Shown here: piece after piece, positions 29,205-38,333 of the stretch
Layout: each line of letters opens with the position of its first letter
Position numbering within the stretch: position 1 is the stretch's first letter
DNA from: Ostreococcus lucimarinus
Lineage: Eukaryota
NCBI GenBank assembly: GCA_000092065.1
Contig: CP000594.1
Length of the DNA stretch: 64,000 bases
Reading direction: 5' to 3' (one strand)
Notes under the pieces: model-generated
Databases searched by the model: none
Told to the model about the DNA's origin: nothing
The model's input: only the letters and a program-made list of their open reading frames with translations
Program-made: the position numbers and the translations under genes

Positions 29205-29699
29205 CGTTCGCGTTCGTTCGCGCGCGTCTGCGTTCCCCTGCGCGCGTCGCGCGCGTCTTCGTCAGTCCCTCGCGCTTCAAAAAACCGTTTCAAACCGACA
29301 TTCGTCCGTTGGCGCCCGCACCGATCCTCTCTCGCGCGCGACGCCGCGCGACGCCGCGACGCCCGTCGTCGCGCGTCCGCGCGTCCACCGTCGTCGTCCT
29401 CGTCCTCGTCGCCCTCGTCGTCGTCGTCGCGCGCCGTCGTCCCGCGCGTCGTCGTCGTCGTCGTCGTCGCCCCGTCGTCGTCGCGATTCGCGCCCGTCGG
29501 CGTCGCGATTCGCGTCGTCGCCGATCGTCGTCGCGATTCGCGTCGTCGTCGTCGTCGCGCGCGACGCCCCGCGTCGCCCGCGACGCCGAAGCGCGTCTCG
29601 AGCGTCGTCGCGAACGCACCGTAGTTAACGCCCCTCGCGCCGCGGTGTGCGCCCGCGCGCGCGTCGCGCAGGCGCGATCGCGCCTAGGTCGAACCGCGG

Positions 29700-29835
29700 C
29701 TCGACAGCGCGAAAAAACGCGTACTCTGCGCGATCGACGGGGCGATCGATCGATCGCGCGATCGACGCGCGATCGACGGACCGTCGATCGATCGACGGGG
29801 GCGATCGACGGGTCATCGATCGATCGACAACGCCA
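29700..29835. promoter_or_regulatory. Array of about a dozen CGATCGA(C) / TCGATCGA palindromic motifs in the divergent promoter between the HMG-box gene (ATG 29204, minus) and MBF1 (ATG 29911, plus).
   Basis: The sequence is gcgatcgacggggcgatcgatcgatcgcgcgatcgacgcgcgatcgacggaccgtcgatcgatcgacgggggcgatcgacgggtcatcgatcgatcgacaacgccagcgatcgacccattcgatcgaacg. Confidence 0.35.
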
Positions 29836-29910
29836 GCGATCGACCCATTCGATCGAACGCGCGCGACGAGCGGCGCGTCGCGGCACTTCGCGACGACGAC
29901 GACGACGACG

Positions 29911-30618
29911 ATGTCGCATCAGGATTGGAAGGAGATCACGATCGGGAAACGGGCGACGAGCGGGACGTCGGGGACGAGCGCGAGGGCGATGAAGGACCCG
30001 AAGGCGGTCGCCGCGGTGCGCGAACGACGCGAACGCGCGAACGACGCGCGAATGAATGCGTGCGCGCGCGAATGAATGAATGAGTGCGCGAACGAACGGA
30101 CGGACGACGCGCGACGCGCGCGATGGACGACGCGGTAAAACGGGAAAACATCGCGCGCGAAAAGGCGGGAGACTGACGACGCGGCGAACGGGGCGCGCAC
30201 GACGCAGGCGTTGCGCGCGGGCGTCGCGGTGGACACGGTGAGAAAGGGTAAGCGGACGCGCGCGAAGACGACGCGACGCGAAAACGACGCGACGCGAGCG
30301 CGAAAGCGAGAAAAGATCGACTGACGGTGTCGCGCGCGCGTCGTAGACTCGGGGGCGGGACGAAACGCGCTGAAACTCGAACTCGACGATGAAAACTTGA
30401 CGCACAAGACGGTGAGCGCCGACGTGAAGAAGGCCATCTTGCAGGGACGGTTGGCGAAGAAGCTCACGCAGGCGCAGTTGGCGCAACAGATCAACGAAAA
30501 GCCGCAAATCGTGCAAGAGTATGAATCCGGCAAGGCGATTCCGAATCAGCAAATTCTGGGCAAGCTCGAGCGCATTCTCGGCGTGAAGCTTCGAGGCAAG
30601 GGCGTGGGGAAAAAGTAG
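29911..30618 (+). CDS. MBF1: Multiprotein bridging factor 1 (MBF1), HTH transcriptional coactivator. Three exons: 29911..30015, 30208..30247, 30347..30618.
   Basis: Spliced product is MSHQDWKEITIGKRATSGTSGTSARAMKDPKAVAA|ALRAGVAVDTVRK|DSGAGRNALKLELDDENLTHKTVSADVKKAILQGRLAKKLTQAQLAQQINEKPQIVQEYESGKAIPNQQILGKLERILGVKLRGK..., matching MBF1 throughout. Introns are GTGCGC...GACTGAC...CAG and GTAAGC...GACTGAC...TAG; phases are consistent. Confidence 0.85.
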
Positions 30619-30968
30619 TCGACCGTCGCGCGCGACGAGCGCGACTCGAATCGCCATCATCGCCACGCGGTAAAGTAGCAGACTCATCGCGTTCCGCGCT
30701 ATTTTGTCAATCCAATCGAGGCATCACCTCACGTCGCGTCGCGTCGCGCTCGTCGTTCGCGCGTCGTCGTCGACGCCGCGTCCGTCCCGCGCGGGGCGCC
30801 GCGCCCGCACTTCGCGACGCCGTCGAGCGCGCGCGAGAACGACGCCGCCGACGCCATCGCGGCGCGCGCGGCCGATCCATCGCACGCTTCTCCTCCGCGC
30901 CGAGTCGCGCCGCGCCCGAACGAGAAGGCGACGCGTCGCACGACGACTCGACTGGACTCGATCCGAGA

Positions 30969-31184
30969 ATGCGAGTGAAACCGCACGCGCACGCGTTCGA
31001 TCGCGCGTTCTACGCCAAACTCGCGGGCGTGTCGTTCGTCATCGGCGCGGCGTTCGAAGCCTTCATGTTGAAGACGGATTTTTACGCCAAAGTCGTGCAC
31101 ATCGAAGCCGAGCGCAGATTCCTCGCCGAGCAAAGGCGCGAAGGCGAGGGCTCGCGCGACGTCGGGTCGCGGTCCGCGTCGTGA
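30969..31184 (+). CDS. Small (71 aa) hypothetical protein with one predicted transmembrane helix; possibly a conserved micro-protein.
   Basis: ATG 30969. MRVKPHAHAFDRAFYAKLAGVSFVIGAAFEAFMLKTDFYAKVVHIEAERRFLAEQRREGEG. Non-low-complexity composition and amphipathic/TM segment. No family recognised from memory. Confidence 0.3.
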   Translation: MRVKPHAHAFDRAFYAKLAGVSFVIGAAFEAFMLKTDFYAKVVHIEAERRFLAEQRREGEGSRDVGSRSAS

Positions 31185-31358
31185 ACTATATCTCTATCTC
31201 TAGTGCTAGCCTAAGCTTTAGAAGCGCGCGTTGTGTACTTTAGTTGTACGTCTAGTCGTCTCAAAGGCGTCGAGCGTCTCGGTCGAGCGTCTCGGTCGAG
31301 CGTCGCGTCTCGGTCGAGCGTCGCGTCGCGGACGTCGAACGCGTTCGTCGATTCTCGC

Positions 31359-32168
31359 TCACTCGGGTCCTAAATCCATGTCCGAGCACACGCGCTTGGG
31401 CGCGCGTCCACCGACCGCGAGCTCGCGCTCGAATTCTCGAGTGAGACCGACGACGTTCGCCCGCGCCTCGGCGACGTGCTCGACGCGGCGTTTACGACTC
31501 TCCGTCGCCGAAGCGAACGCCATCGACGAAAACGCGTCGACGCGCCGCGCGTCGTCCCCGCGTCCCGACGCCGTCGTCTCCGCGCGCATCGCCGCCGACC
31601 CCATCGCCTCTCGCGCGCACTCCACGAACTCATCGAACAAACTCGGCCACGCCTCGTTTTCGTCGTACCATCGCAAATCGCCGCCGAGCGCTCGCGCGCG
31701 TCTCACGAATTGATACGCCTGCGACCACGCGTCCGCGGTGATCACCGTCACATCGCGTCGATCGCGCACGTACGACACGAACGCATCCACCACATCGTTC
31801 GCGTTCGCGCGCGCGCCTCCCTCGCCGTCGTCCATCGCGTCTCGCGTCGTCGCGTCTCGCTCCCGCGCGAACGTCTCCCGCCAACACGCCGTCGCCGCCT
31901 CCCTCGAGCAATGTCTCGCCCCTCGCTCGCGCATCACGGCGTAACAAAACTCATACCTCGCCTCCGCGTCGTCGTCGCCCGTTTCCACGCACTCGACGCA
32001 TCGCGCGACGCGTTCGTCGATCGTCGGCGCTCGCATCGCGAAATCCGTCCCGTCGCTCACCCATCTCGCGGCGTCCCGGCGCCGCGAGTCGCGCGGGGAC
32101 GTCGACGCGCGCGGCGCGCGCGCGAGCATCGTCGCGTACGCGCGATAGTCGGACCGCGCGGACGCCAT
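31359..32168 (-). CDS. DCN1-like protein (defective in cullin neddylation), PONY/DCUN1 domain only.
   Basis: ATG at 32168. WSQAYQFVRRARALGGDLRWYDENEAWPSLFDEFVECAREAM matches the PONY motif YDEEGAWPVLIDDFVEF. Confidence 0.7.
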   Translation of the reverse strand: MASARSDYRAYATMLARAPRASTSPRDSRRRDAARWVSDGTDFAMRAPTIDERVARCVECVETGDDDAEARYEFCYAVMRERGARHCSREAATACWRETFARERDATTRDAMDDGEGGARANANDVVDAFVSYVRDRRDVTVITADAWSQAYQFVRRARALGGDLRWYDENEAWPSLFDEFVECAREAMGSAAMRAETTASGRGDDARRVDAFSSMAFASATESRKRRVEHVAEARANVVGLTREFERELAVGGRAPKRVCSDMDLGPE

Positions 32169-33204
32169 GCGTCATTCGTCGCCGACGAATGACGCACGGC
32201 GAATGACGAACGACGCGCGGCACTCGTCGACGCTCGCGCGCGCGATGACGCGCGAGGACCGCGCCGAGCGCGGTGGTGCGTCGAGCGGCGACCGCGCGAC
32301 GCGACGCGACGCGACGACGGCGCAGCGGCTGACGTTTCTCGCCATGGCGCCGGTGTTCGCGCTGTCGTTTCAACTCTCGATCTTCGCGTCGACCGACGGC
32401 GCGCGCGTCGATCGACGCGCGCGACGATCGCCCGGATTCGAGTGGGGCAAGTTCATGACGCGGAGCGTCGCGAACGCGCGGTTCAAGCTCGCGCCCGGGA
32501 GCGGGACGCTGGCGAGGGAGAAGCGAAGGACGGTGTGGTTGTGCAACCATCGCGCGTGGAGCGACTTCTTCCTGGACATTTATCTCACCGAAGGACGCGC
32601 GTTCACGATGAGCCGAATGCTCGTCGCGTACGCGTTTCCGCTGTTCATGGTGCCGGCGATGGTGTGCGGGGTGGTGTTCGGATTTAAACGCGACGCGGGG
32701 GATAAGGAGAAATTAAACGCCGCGCTCGACGCGCACTTTGACGCCTTCGGCGGCGAATTCGCGGGCATGGTGTGTTACCCGGAAGGCACGCGAAACGTGA
32801 GAGAAAACTCGATGCCGTTGAAGCGTGGGATGCTGAGGTACGCGCACTCGCGGAAGATGGCGGTGCAGTGCGTGTGCACGGCGAGGAAAGAGCGGGTGTT
32901 TAGTTCGCATTTGACGTGCGCCGAGCGCGGGTTGGCGTTGCCGGTGTATTTCGCCGAGGTCATTCACGCCGAGGATTACCCAGATTTCGAGGACTTTTAC
33001 AACGAGATTCGCTCGAGATGGGACAACGCGTGGAGCGCGGCGAACGGGGTGAGCGCGGCGGAGGCGGAATCGCTTCCGGATTACACGCCTCGAGAGCACG
33101 TCGTTCGGTGCACGCCTCGTCACGACGCCGTCATCGTGTCGAGCGCTCTGCTCACCGTCCTCGGCGTCGCCTTGACTTGGCGCGCGTGTTCGAAATTGTT
33201 GTAG
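32167..33204 (+). CDS. PlsC-family acyltransferase (lysophospholipid/glycerol-3-phosphate acyltransferase-like). The real start is possibly the downstream ATG 32344.
   Basis: HxxxxD box NHRAWSDF and the YPEGTR motif are present. N- and C-terminal hydrophobic segments. First ATG 32167 overlaps the DCN1-like ATG as CATG, so a later start (MAPVFALSF, 32344) is plausible. Confidence 0.75.
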   Translation: MRHSSPTNDARRMTNDARHSSTLARAMTREDRAERGGASSGDRATRRDATTAQRLTFLAMAPVFALSFQLSIFASTDGARVDRRARRSPGFEWGKFMTRSVANARFKLAPGSGTLAREKRRTVWLCNHRAWSDFFLDIYLTEGRAFTMSRMLVAYAFPLFMVPAMVCGVVFGFKRDAGDKEKLNAALDAHFDAFGGEFAGMVCYPEGTRNVRENSMPLKRGMLRYAHSRKMAVQCVCTARKERVFSSHLTCAERGLALPVYFAEVIHAEDYPDFEDFYNEIRSRWDNAWSAANGVSAAEAESLPDYTPREHVVRCTPRHDAVIVSSALLTVLGVALTWRACSKLL

Positions 33205-33363
33205 CGCAGCGCGTCGCCTCGCGCGCTCGCGCCGTCGTCGCTCGCGCGTAGCGGTTTTCATCGTCAAAGTCTCGTCGCGCCGCGTTCCAACCGCCGCGTT
33301 CGCCCGCGCGCGCCGCACTCGCCCGCGCGCGCACCGACGTCCTCGTCGTCGCGCGCGAGCGTC

Positions 33364-34122
33364 ATGACGACAACGACGGACGACGCGTTCGTCTCTAAAA
33401 CCACGCAAGAGCTGTTGAACGCGCGCGAGGCGATGGAGATTGAAATGCAAGCCATCGCGAGTCGACTCACCGCGCCGAACGCGCCGGGCCTGCGCGGCGC
33501 TCTGACCGATGCCGATGGGTTCCCGATCGCTGGATGCGATTTATACGCCGTTCGCGCCGATCGAGGGCGGTACGACGGTGCGTGAGAAGACGCGCCGCGT
33601 CGACGCGCGCGCGCGCGGCGAAACGCGACGACGATTCGACTGACGTTTACGCGCGTGCGGACTCGCTGAACGATAGTGCTTCGGAACGATTATAAACGAA
33701 TCATGACCGAGTTGGAATCTCGCGTGATTCGGGGAATGCAAGGAGACGGGGAGGTGATGAAGGGCGTCGGGGCGCCGACGCCGACGCCGACGCCGACGGA
33801 GGACGCGGCGCCGACGGAGAACGACGTCGGAAGGGCGTTCATGGTGATCGATGAAATCATGGACGGATGTCCCGGGGAAGTCGATGGACTGCGCGTGGGT
33901 GATCGCGTGTGCGCCGTAGGAAACGTGACGTGGGGATTCGAGGACCCGAGCGCGTCTCCGCCGGCGGAGGTGTTGCGAAACGCCACGCAGACGTTTGCGG
34001 ATAATGAGAATTCTGTCGTTCGGGTCGTGGTGTTGCGTCGAGGTGAGCGCGTAGCAGTAGAAGTGACTCCGCGCGCGTGGTCGGGTCGAGGTTTAGTCGG
34101 ATGTCACATGCGTTCGGTGTGA
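33364..34122 (+). CDS. PSMD9: 26S proteasome non-ATPase regulatory subunit 9 (PSMD9/Nas2) with PDZ domain. Two exons: 33364..33577 and 33677..34122.
   Basis: Exon 1 ends ...GFPIAGCDLYAVRADRGRYD (compare PSMD9 VDLYQVRTARHNI). The intron is GTGCGTGAG...CGACTGAC...GATAG. Exon 2 gives ...VLRNDYKRIMTELE...GLRVGDRVCAVGNV...VVVLRRGERVAVEVTPRAWSGRGLVGCHM, matching the PSMD9 C-terminus ([25 protein letters not shown]). The ORF-track start 33676 is a GTG. Confidence 0.8.
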
Positions 34123-34152
34123 CAGGTAGTGTACACGCCGAATGAAATTGAA

Positions 34153-35490
34153 TTAATAACCACGTTTGCGCTGCATCCGCAAGTGTTCTTTACGTTCCTC
34201 GGGAGTCATTTCGCGCAAATCCTTCTTTTTCTTTTTCTTCTTTTCGGTCGAATCCGTTGTTCCTTCTTTCTTCTTCTTCTTCGTCTTTTGCATCGTCACG
34301 TCGTCTTCGTCCCACGTCCCCGCGTTCAAGCCCGTCCCCGCATCATTTTTCAATAAAGCTTTGAACGCCGCGCTACCGCATGGCCCTTTGCGTTTCAAAT
34401 CCTTGTTCTCGAACACGCCTATCAATCCCGTGCGCTTTGTTGGATCCTTCTCCTCTTCGTGCGTCGCCACTGCGCCGTCGCCATCTAATACTTTTCCTTT
34501 GTTCTTTGCCACGAAGAGTTCCACAAAGCTACGTTCGCTTTCACCGCCGCCGCCGTCGTCATCCTTTTCACCGTCTCGTCCCTTCACGCTATCCTTTACT
34601 TTCTTCCTCTTCTTCGATTTTTCTTCCGGATCGATATCGTCGAGCTCATCGTCGCTCGTCGCGTCCGCTCGTTCCGGCGGTCGCCCTCGCGCGTCTCGAG
34701 GCTTCCTGCCGTCTAGTAATTTCAACCCGGGGCACATGCGCGTGATCTTCTCCGCGTACTCTGGATCGTTTGCGATCGGGCACCCACGCAGTGTCAACTG
34801 TTCCAGACGATTGAGCTCGCGCAGCGCGCTCAAATCGCCCCAATCCGAAATCTTATTGTACCCGACGTCTAATATCCGCAAATTCGGCGTCTTCGCCACG
34901 CACGGCGGAATCGTCTTCAACTCGTTGTGCGCCACGCGCAACTCTCTTAACCCCCTGGATGACTGCAACGCATCTATTCCGAGCTTGGACAGGGCGTTTT
35001 TCGACAGATTCACCTTGCGAAGCGCCGGACTTTCGCTCAACGCGTCGCCGACGTCCCGCAGCTCGCACTCGGCGCACGCCAACGTGTTCAATTCCTTCAA
35101 CCCACGCACGTGATCGATATCTCGCAGACCGCACTCTTTCGCGATAAGAGCCGCCAGTGCGTGCATGTTTTCTACCCCGCGCAGCGTGCGCAAGCCGTCG
35201 TTTCCGCTCACATTCAGCGTGCGAATCCGAGGACAGTTTTGTCCCAGCGCCGCCAAGGCGTCCGACTTTAACACGTTATTCGCGCACGAGAACCACGTCA
35301 GCGACGTCGATCGCACGCCCGACAAGTCGCTCAACGCATTTTCGCTCACGTCGAGCTTTTTAATCGCCCCGGAAGTCGTTTCCGCGCGCGCCAGGACGTC
35401 GTCTTCGACGGCGTTCAGGGAGCAAGCTTTGAGCGCGCACGCGTCGCCGATGGTTCGCGCGCTCGCGAGCTCGGGCGTGAGCGTCTTCAT
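34153..35490 (-). CDS. Leucine-rich repeat (SDS22-like LRR) protein with Lys/Glu-rich C-terminal tail.
   Basis: ATG at 35490. Repeated LxxLxLxxNxL units (LRKVNLSKNALSKL, LRELRVAHNELKTIP, LRILDVGYNKISDW, LEQLTLRGCPIAN). The antisense ORF 34166..35113 is Ser/Phe low-complexity. Confidence 0.7.
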   Translation of the reverse strand: MKTLTPELASARTIGDACALKACSLNAVEDDVLARAETTSGAIKKLDVSENALSDLSGVRSTSLTWFSCANNVLKSDALAALGQNCPRIRTLNVSGNDGLRTLRGVENMHALAALIAKECGLRDIDHVRGLKELNTLACAECELRDVGDALSESPALRKVNLSKNALSKLGIDALQSSRGLRELRVAHNELKTIPPCVAKTPNLRILDVGYNKISDWGDLSALRELNRLEQLTLRGCPIANDPEYAEKITRMCPGLKLLDGRKPRDARGRPPERADATSDDELDDIDPEEKSKKRKKVKDSVKGRDGEKDDDGGGGESERSFVELFVAKNKGKVLDGDGAVATHEEEKDPTKRTGLIGVFENKDLKRKGPCGSAAFKALLKNDAGTGLNAGTWDEDDVTMQKTKKKKKEGTTDSTEKKKKKKKDLREMTPEERKEHLRMQRKRGY

Positions 35491-35675
35491 GTCGAGAAGA
35501 CGCCAAATGCGCTCGCGTCGAGCGTTCGCCGCGAGCGCTTCGCGTTTCGAGGCGCGTGGGACACTGAGGATTGGCGTCGCCGCGCTCGCGGTGGTTTACA
35601 CTTCGCCTACTGTTCGTACATGTTGAATCGTTTTCGTTTCGTCTGGAGTCGTTTGGTGGACTCGAACACAATTTT

Positions 35676-36608
35676 CTATGACCCCATCGCGTCTGCGTCC
35701 TCGTCATCGCTCTCGTCGTCGTCGCTATCGACGACGAGCGGGTGTCGAAGCGTGTCGGCTTCTTCGGCGCGCGCGCTCGCGTCGCCGTCCTCATCCGCGA
35801 AAGAAGCCGCGCGAGCGCGCTTCGGTGGTAACTTTCGAAGAACGTATAGCACCAACGCGCTCGGTAAGATCTCCACCGCGACGTAATACGCTACGTTCAT
35901 CGTTTTTGACGCGTACACATCGACGGCGTATTTCGCCTCTCCCCCCGTCGCGAGGAACAAAACCACACAGCGCACCGCGAACGCGGTGACGCACACCGCG
36001 GTGACGCTCCCGATTTCGCGTATTTTCTTCGCCCGCGTCGTCAGGCCTTCTGGAAACTCTCGAAGCATGACGTACAACTTTGAGCCGTAAAACGCGAATG
36101 CGAGCGCGACGCTCGCGCTCGCAAACGCCAGCGTCCCCGAAGACGCTCGCTCGAGCGCATCACCGCGCCACTTTTCCTTCCCAAACGCCATCAAAGACCA
36201 AATCCCAAGTTCGGTCGCGTACGCGACTACGTTGACTGCGTAAAACGTCGTCCGCGCGCGTCTCGTCCTCGCCGCTTCGCCGCGCGCCGCGTGATAGATG
36301 TCGCTCCAGAACAACACCAATCCAGCGTACGTGGACAAAAAAACCAAACCCGGGCCATCGTTCACGATTGCGTTGATGGTGTGCGTCTTTTCGATCGCGC
36401 TTCGACCGAAGAACGCGCACGCGCGCGCGGTAGAGGTGAAAAGATTCGCCAGGTGAAACATCTGTTGCGTGGTGAAGAAACCGACGTGTTTCGGCGTGCG
36501 TCGTGCGATTCTGTACACCTGCACGACGCAAGTCAACGCAATGAGTCCATAGAGCGACGCGAGGACGTCGTACGCGTCCGGGATCGACGCCGCGGTGGTC
36601 GTCGACAT
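35676..36608 (-). CDS. THH1/TOM1/TOM3-family (DUF1084) seven-transmembrane protein with acidic C-terminal tail.
   Basis: ATG at 36608. Seven hydrophobic segments. FLSTYAGLVLFWSDIYHAARG resembles the TOM1-family motif (LVLFWAEIYYQAR). Confidence 0.65.
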   Translation of the reverse strand: MSTTTAASIPDAYDVLASLYGLIALTCVVQVYRIARRTPKHVGFFTTQQMFHLANLFTSTARACAFFGRSAIEKTHTINAIVNDGPGLVFLSTYAGLVLFWSDIYHAARGEAARTRRARTTFYAVNVVAYATELGIWSLMAFGKEKWRGDALERASSGTLAFASASVALAFAFYGSKLYVMLREFPEGLTTRAKKIREIGSVTAVCVTAFAVRCVVLFLATGGEAKYAVDVYASKTMNVAYYVAVEILPSALVLYVLRKLPPKRARAASFADEDGDASARAEEADTLRHPLVVDSDDDESDDEDADAMGS

Positions 36609-36864
36609 GACGGTGTCCTTTTGACTCCGAAAATCTCGGAGGGCGACTGTGCGGCGCGGCGCGCTTCGCGAGCGCGAACCAAACGGTGATTGATATTGTG
36701 ATTCATGATTAACAACTCAACAAAGACATTTTAAACTCTAGAAACAAAAGTTGGACGATAATAGTGTCACGTGTGATGACGCCGATACGAGCGTCGCTAA
36801 GAGCAATGGTGGACCGCGAAGATGTCGCGTCGCCTAGGAAGAACATACGGGGATATCACAAACA

Positions 36865-38214
36865 TCAGTCGCTTCCGCCGGTCATGCCAGCCAAATTGAG
36901 CGAGCTTGGCTCTTGACCGAACGGAATCCAGCAACAGATGTTGTTGCGGTGGGCGATGCTTTCAGCGCCGGCGTAACCGACTATTTCGTAGAATTCATCC
37001 GCTGACTTGCCGATGAAGGTTTCGATTTCCTCCGACGAGTAGTTGGTGATAGCGCGGCCAAGATCGCGCTCGTCGCCAGTTTCGGAATCGATAGTCAAGA
37101 TTCTCACGCCGTCTTCCGCGACAAAGTCGCCGCGGCAGGCGACGATGCCCGTAGAGAAGAGCGACTTATTGGTTTCCATGGCGCGCGCCGCGTTGGCGTT
37201 GACGACCAAGTCGCCCGAAGGCGGAAGCAACAAGATCCAGCGCTTTCGCCCGCGCAGAGGCCGAGGCATGGCGAGGAAGAGCGTGCCGACCGACTTCTGG
37301 TGTAAAATGATATCCGAAAGGTCCGGCAACGCGTTGGCGTGCATGACGACGGTGTTGCATCCGCTCGCTGCGGCGAGACGCGCGGCGGAGAGCTTGGTCG
37401 CCATCCCGCCCGTGCCCAAACCACTCGCCCCGGCGTCGTCGGTGGAGACTTCCAAATCGTCGATATTTTCAACCACAGAGATTCTCGTCGCGTCCGGGTT
37501 CGTGTTCGGGTTCGCGGTGTATAAACCATCGACGTCGGTGAGCAAGAACAAGTAATCGGCGTCGACGAGCGCCGCCACGTGCGCGCTCAGCGTATCGTTG
37601 TCCCCAAACTTCGTGTGCTGCACCGCCACCGTATCGTTTTCATTCACGATTGGAATAATATCTTGCGCCAGCAACGACCGAAACGTGCTCTGCGCGTTCA
37701 TATACTGTTGCCTATCCATGATGTTATCGAGCGAGATGAGCACCTGCGCCACGGGCTGCCCGACGCTTTGAAAAAAATCATCATACATTCGCATGAGGCG
37801 CACCATCCCGACCGCCGCCATAGCTTGTTTTCCCGCTAAATCCTGCGGTTTCTTCTTATTCAGCACCTGACATCCCACGCCGACGGCCCCGCTCGTGACC
37901 ACCACGCACCGCATCCCTCGTCGCTGCAGCTCGCAGCACGTCTCCGCGAGCATCCCGAAATTCGACAGGTGCAGGTGTCCGCTCGTCCCCCCTTTCAGCA
38001 GCGACGACGTCCCGACTTTCACCACCACGATCGGCGCTTGATTCGCGCCCGCGGGCGAGTTCGGTCGCGGCACCATGCCGCCGCCATCGAGCGCGATCGC
38101 GTCGAGGTCGCGTCGAACGGCGTCGCCGTGCGCGTCGCTGGGCGCGCGGAGTTCGCGTCGCGCGCGCAGATCGACCGCGGCGTCGTTTCCATTCTCACTG
38201 CGTTCGAACGGCAT
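36865..38214 (-). CDS. proB: Glutamate 5-kinase (ProB) with C-terminal PUA domain; stand-alone bacterial type with an N-terminal extension.
   Basis: ATG at 38214; alternative ATG at 38076. IVVKVGTSSL, VVVTSGAVGVG, ENDTVAV..FGDNDTLSA and the PUA-like C-terminus (RGRKRWILLLPPSGDLVVNANAARAM...) are present. Confidence 0.85.
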   Translation of the reverse strand: MPFERSENGNDAAVDLRARRELRAPSDAHGDAVRRDLDAIALDGGGMVPRPNSPAGANQAPIVVVKVGTSSLLKGGTSGHLHLSNFGMLAETCCELQRRGMRCVVVTSGAVGVGCQVLNKKKPQDLAGKQAMAAVGMVRLMRMYDDFFQSVGQPVAQVLISLDNIMDRQQYMNAQSTFRSLLAQDIIPIVNENDTVAVQHTKFGDNDTLSAHVAALVDADYLFLLTDVDGLYTANPNTNPDATRISVVENIDDLEVSTDDAGASGLGTGGMATKLSAARLAAASGCNTVVMHANALPDLSDIILHQKSVGTLFLAMPRPLRGRKRWILLLPPSGDLVVNANAARAMETNKSLFSTGIVACRGDFVAEDGVRILTIDSETGDERDLGRAITNYSSEEIETFIGKSADEFYEIVGYAGAESIAHRNNICCWIPFGQEPSSLNLAGMTGGSD

Positions 38215-38333
38215 CGCGAGACGACCGCGACGTCGCGCGACGCGACGCGATTTGACGTCGTGCCAAGTCTATCGCGGAACGGGCGCTCGAGCGGTCAACT
38301 GGGAGACTGGGGAGACTGGGCGAAACCACACGA

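Noticed and set aside
28149-30687. ORFs 28149..29624 (+), 28265..28996 (-), 29290..30687 (-), 29309..29992 (+)
   Set aside because: They overlap the HMG-box gene in antisense, or run through the CGATCG promoter array and MBF1 introns. Extreme Arg content. MBF1 is only recovered by splicing.
31231-32550. Plus ORFs 31231..31713 and 31476..32192, and minus ORF 31951..32550
   Set aside because: Antisense or out-of-frame to the DCN1-like and acyltransferase genes. Arg-rich low complexity.
34166-35113. 315-aa plus-strand ORF (poly-Phe/Ser)
   Set aside because: Antisense to the LRR gene. FFFFFFFS... arises from the Lys/Glu-rich tail (AAG/GAA codons) read backwards.
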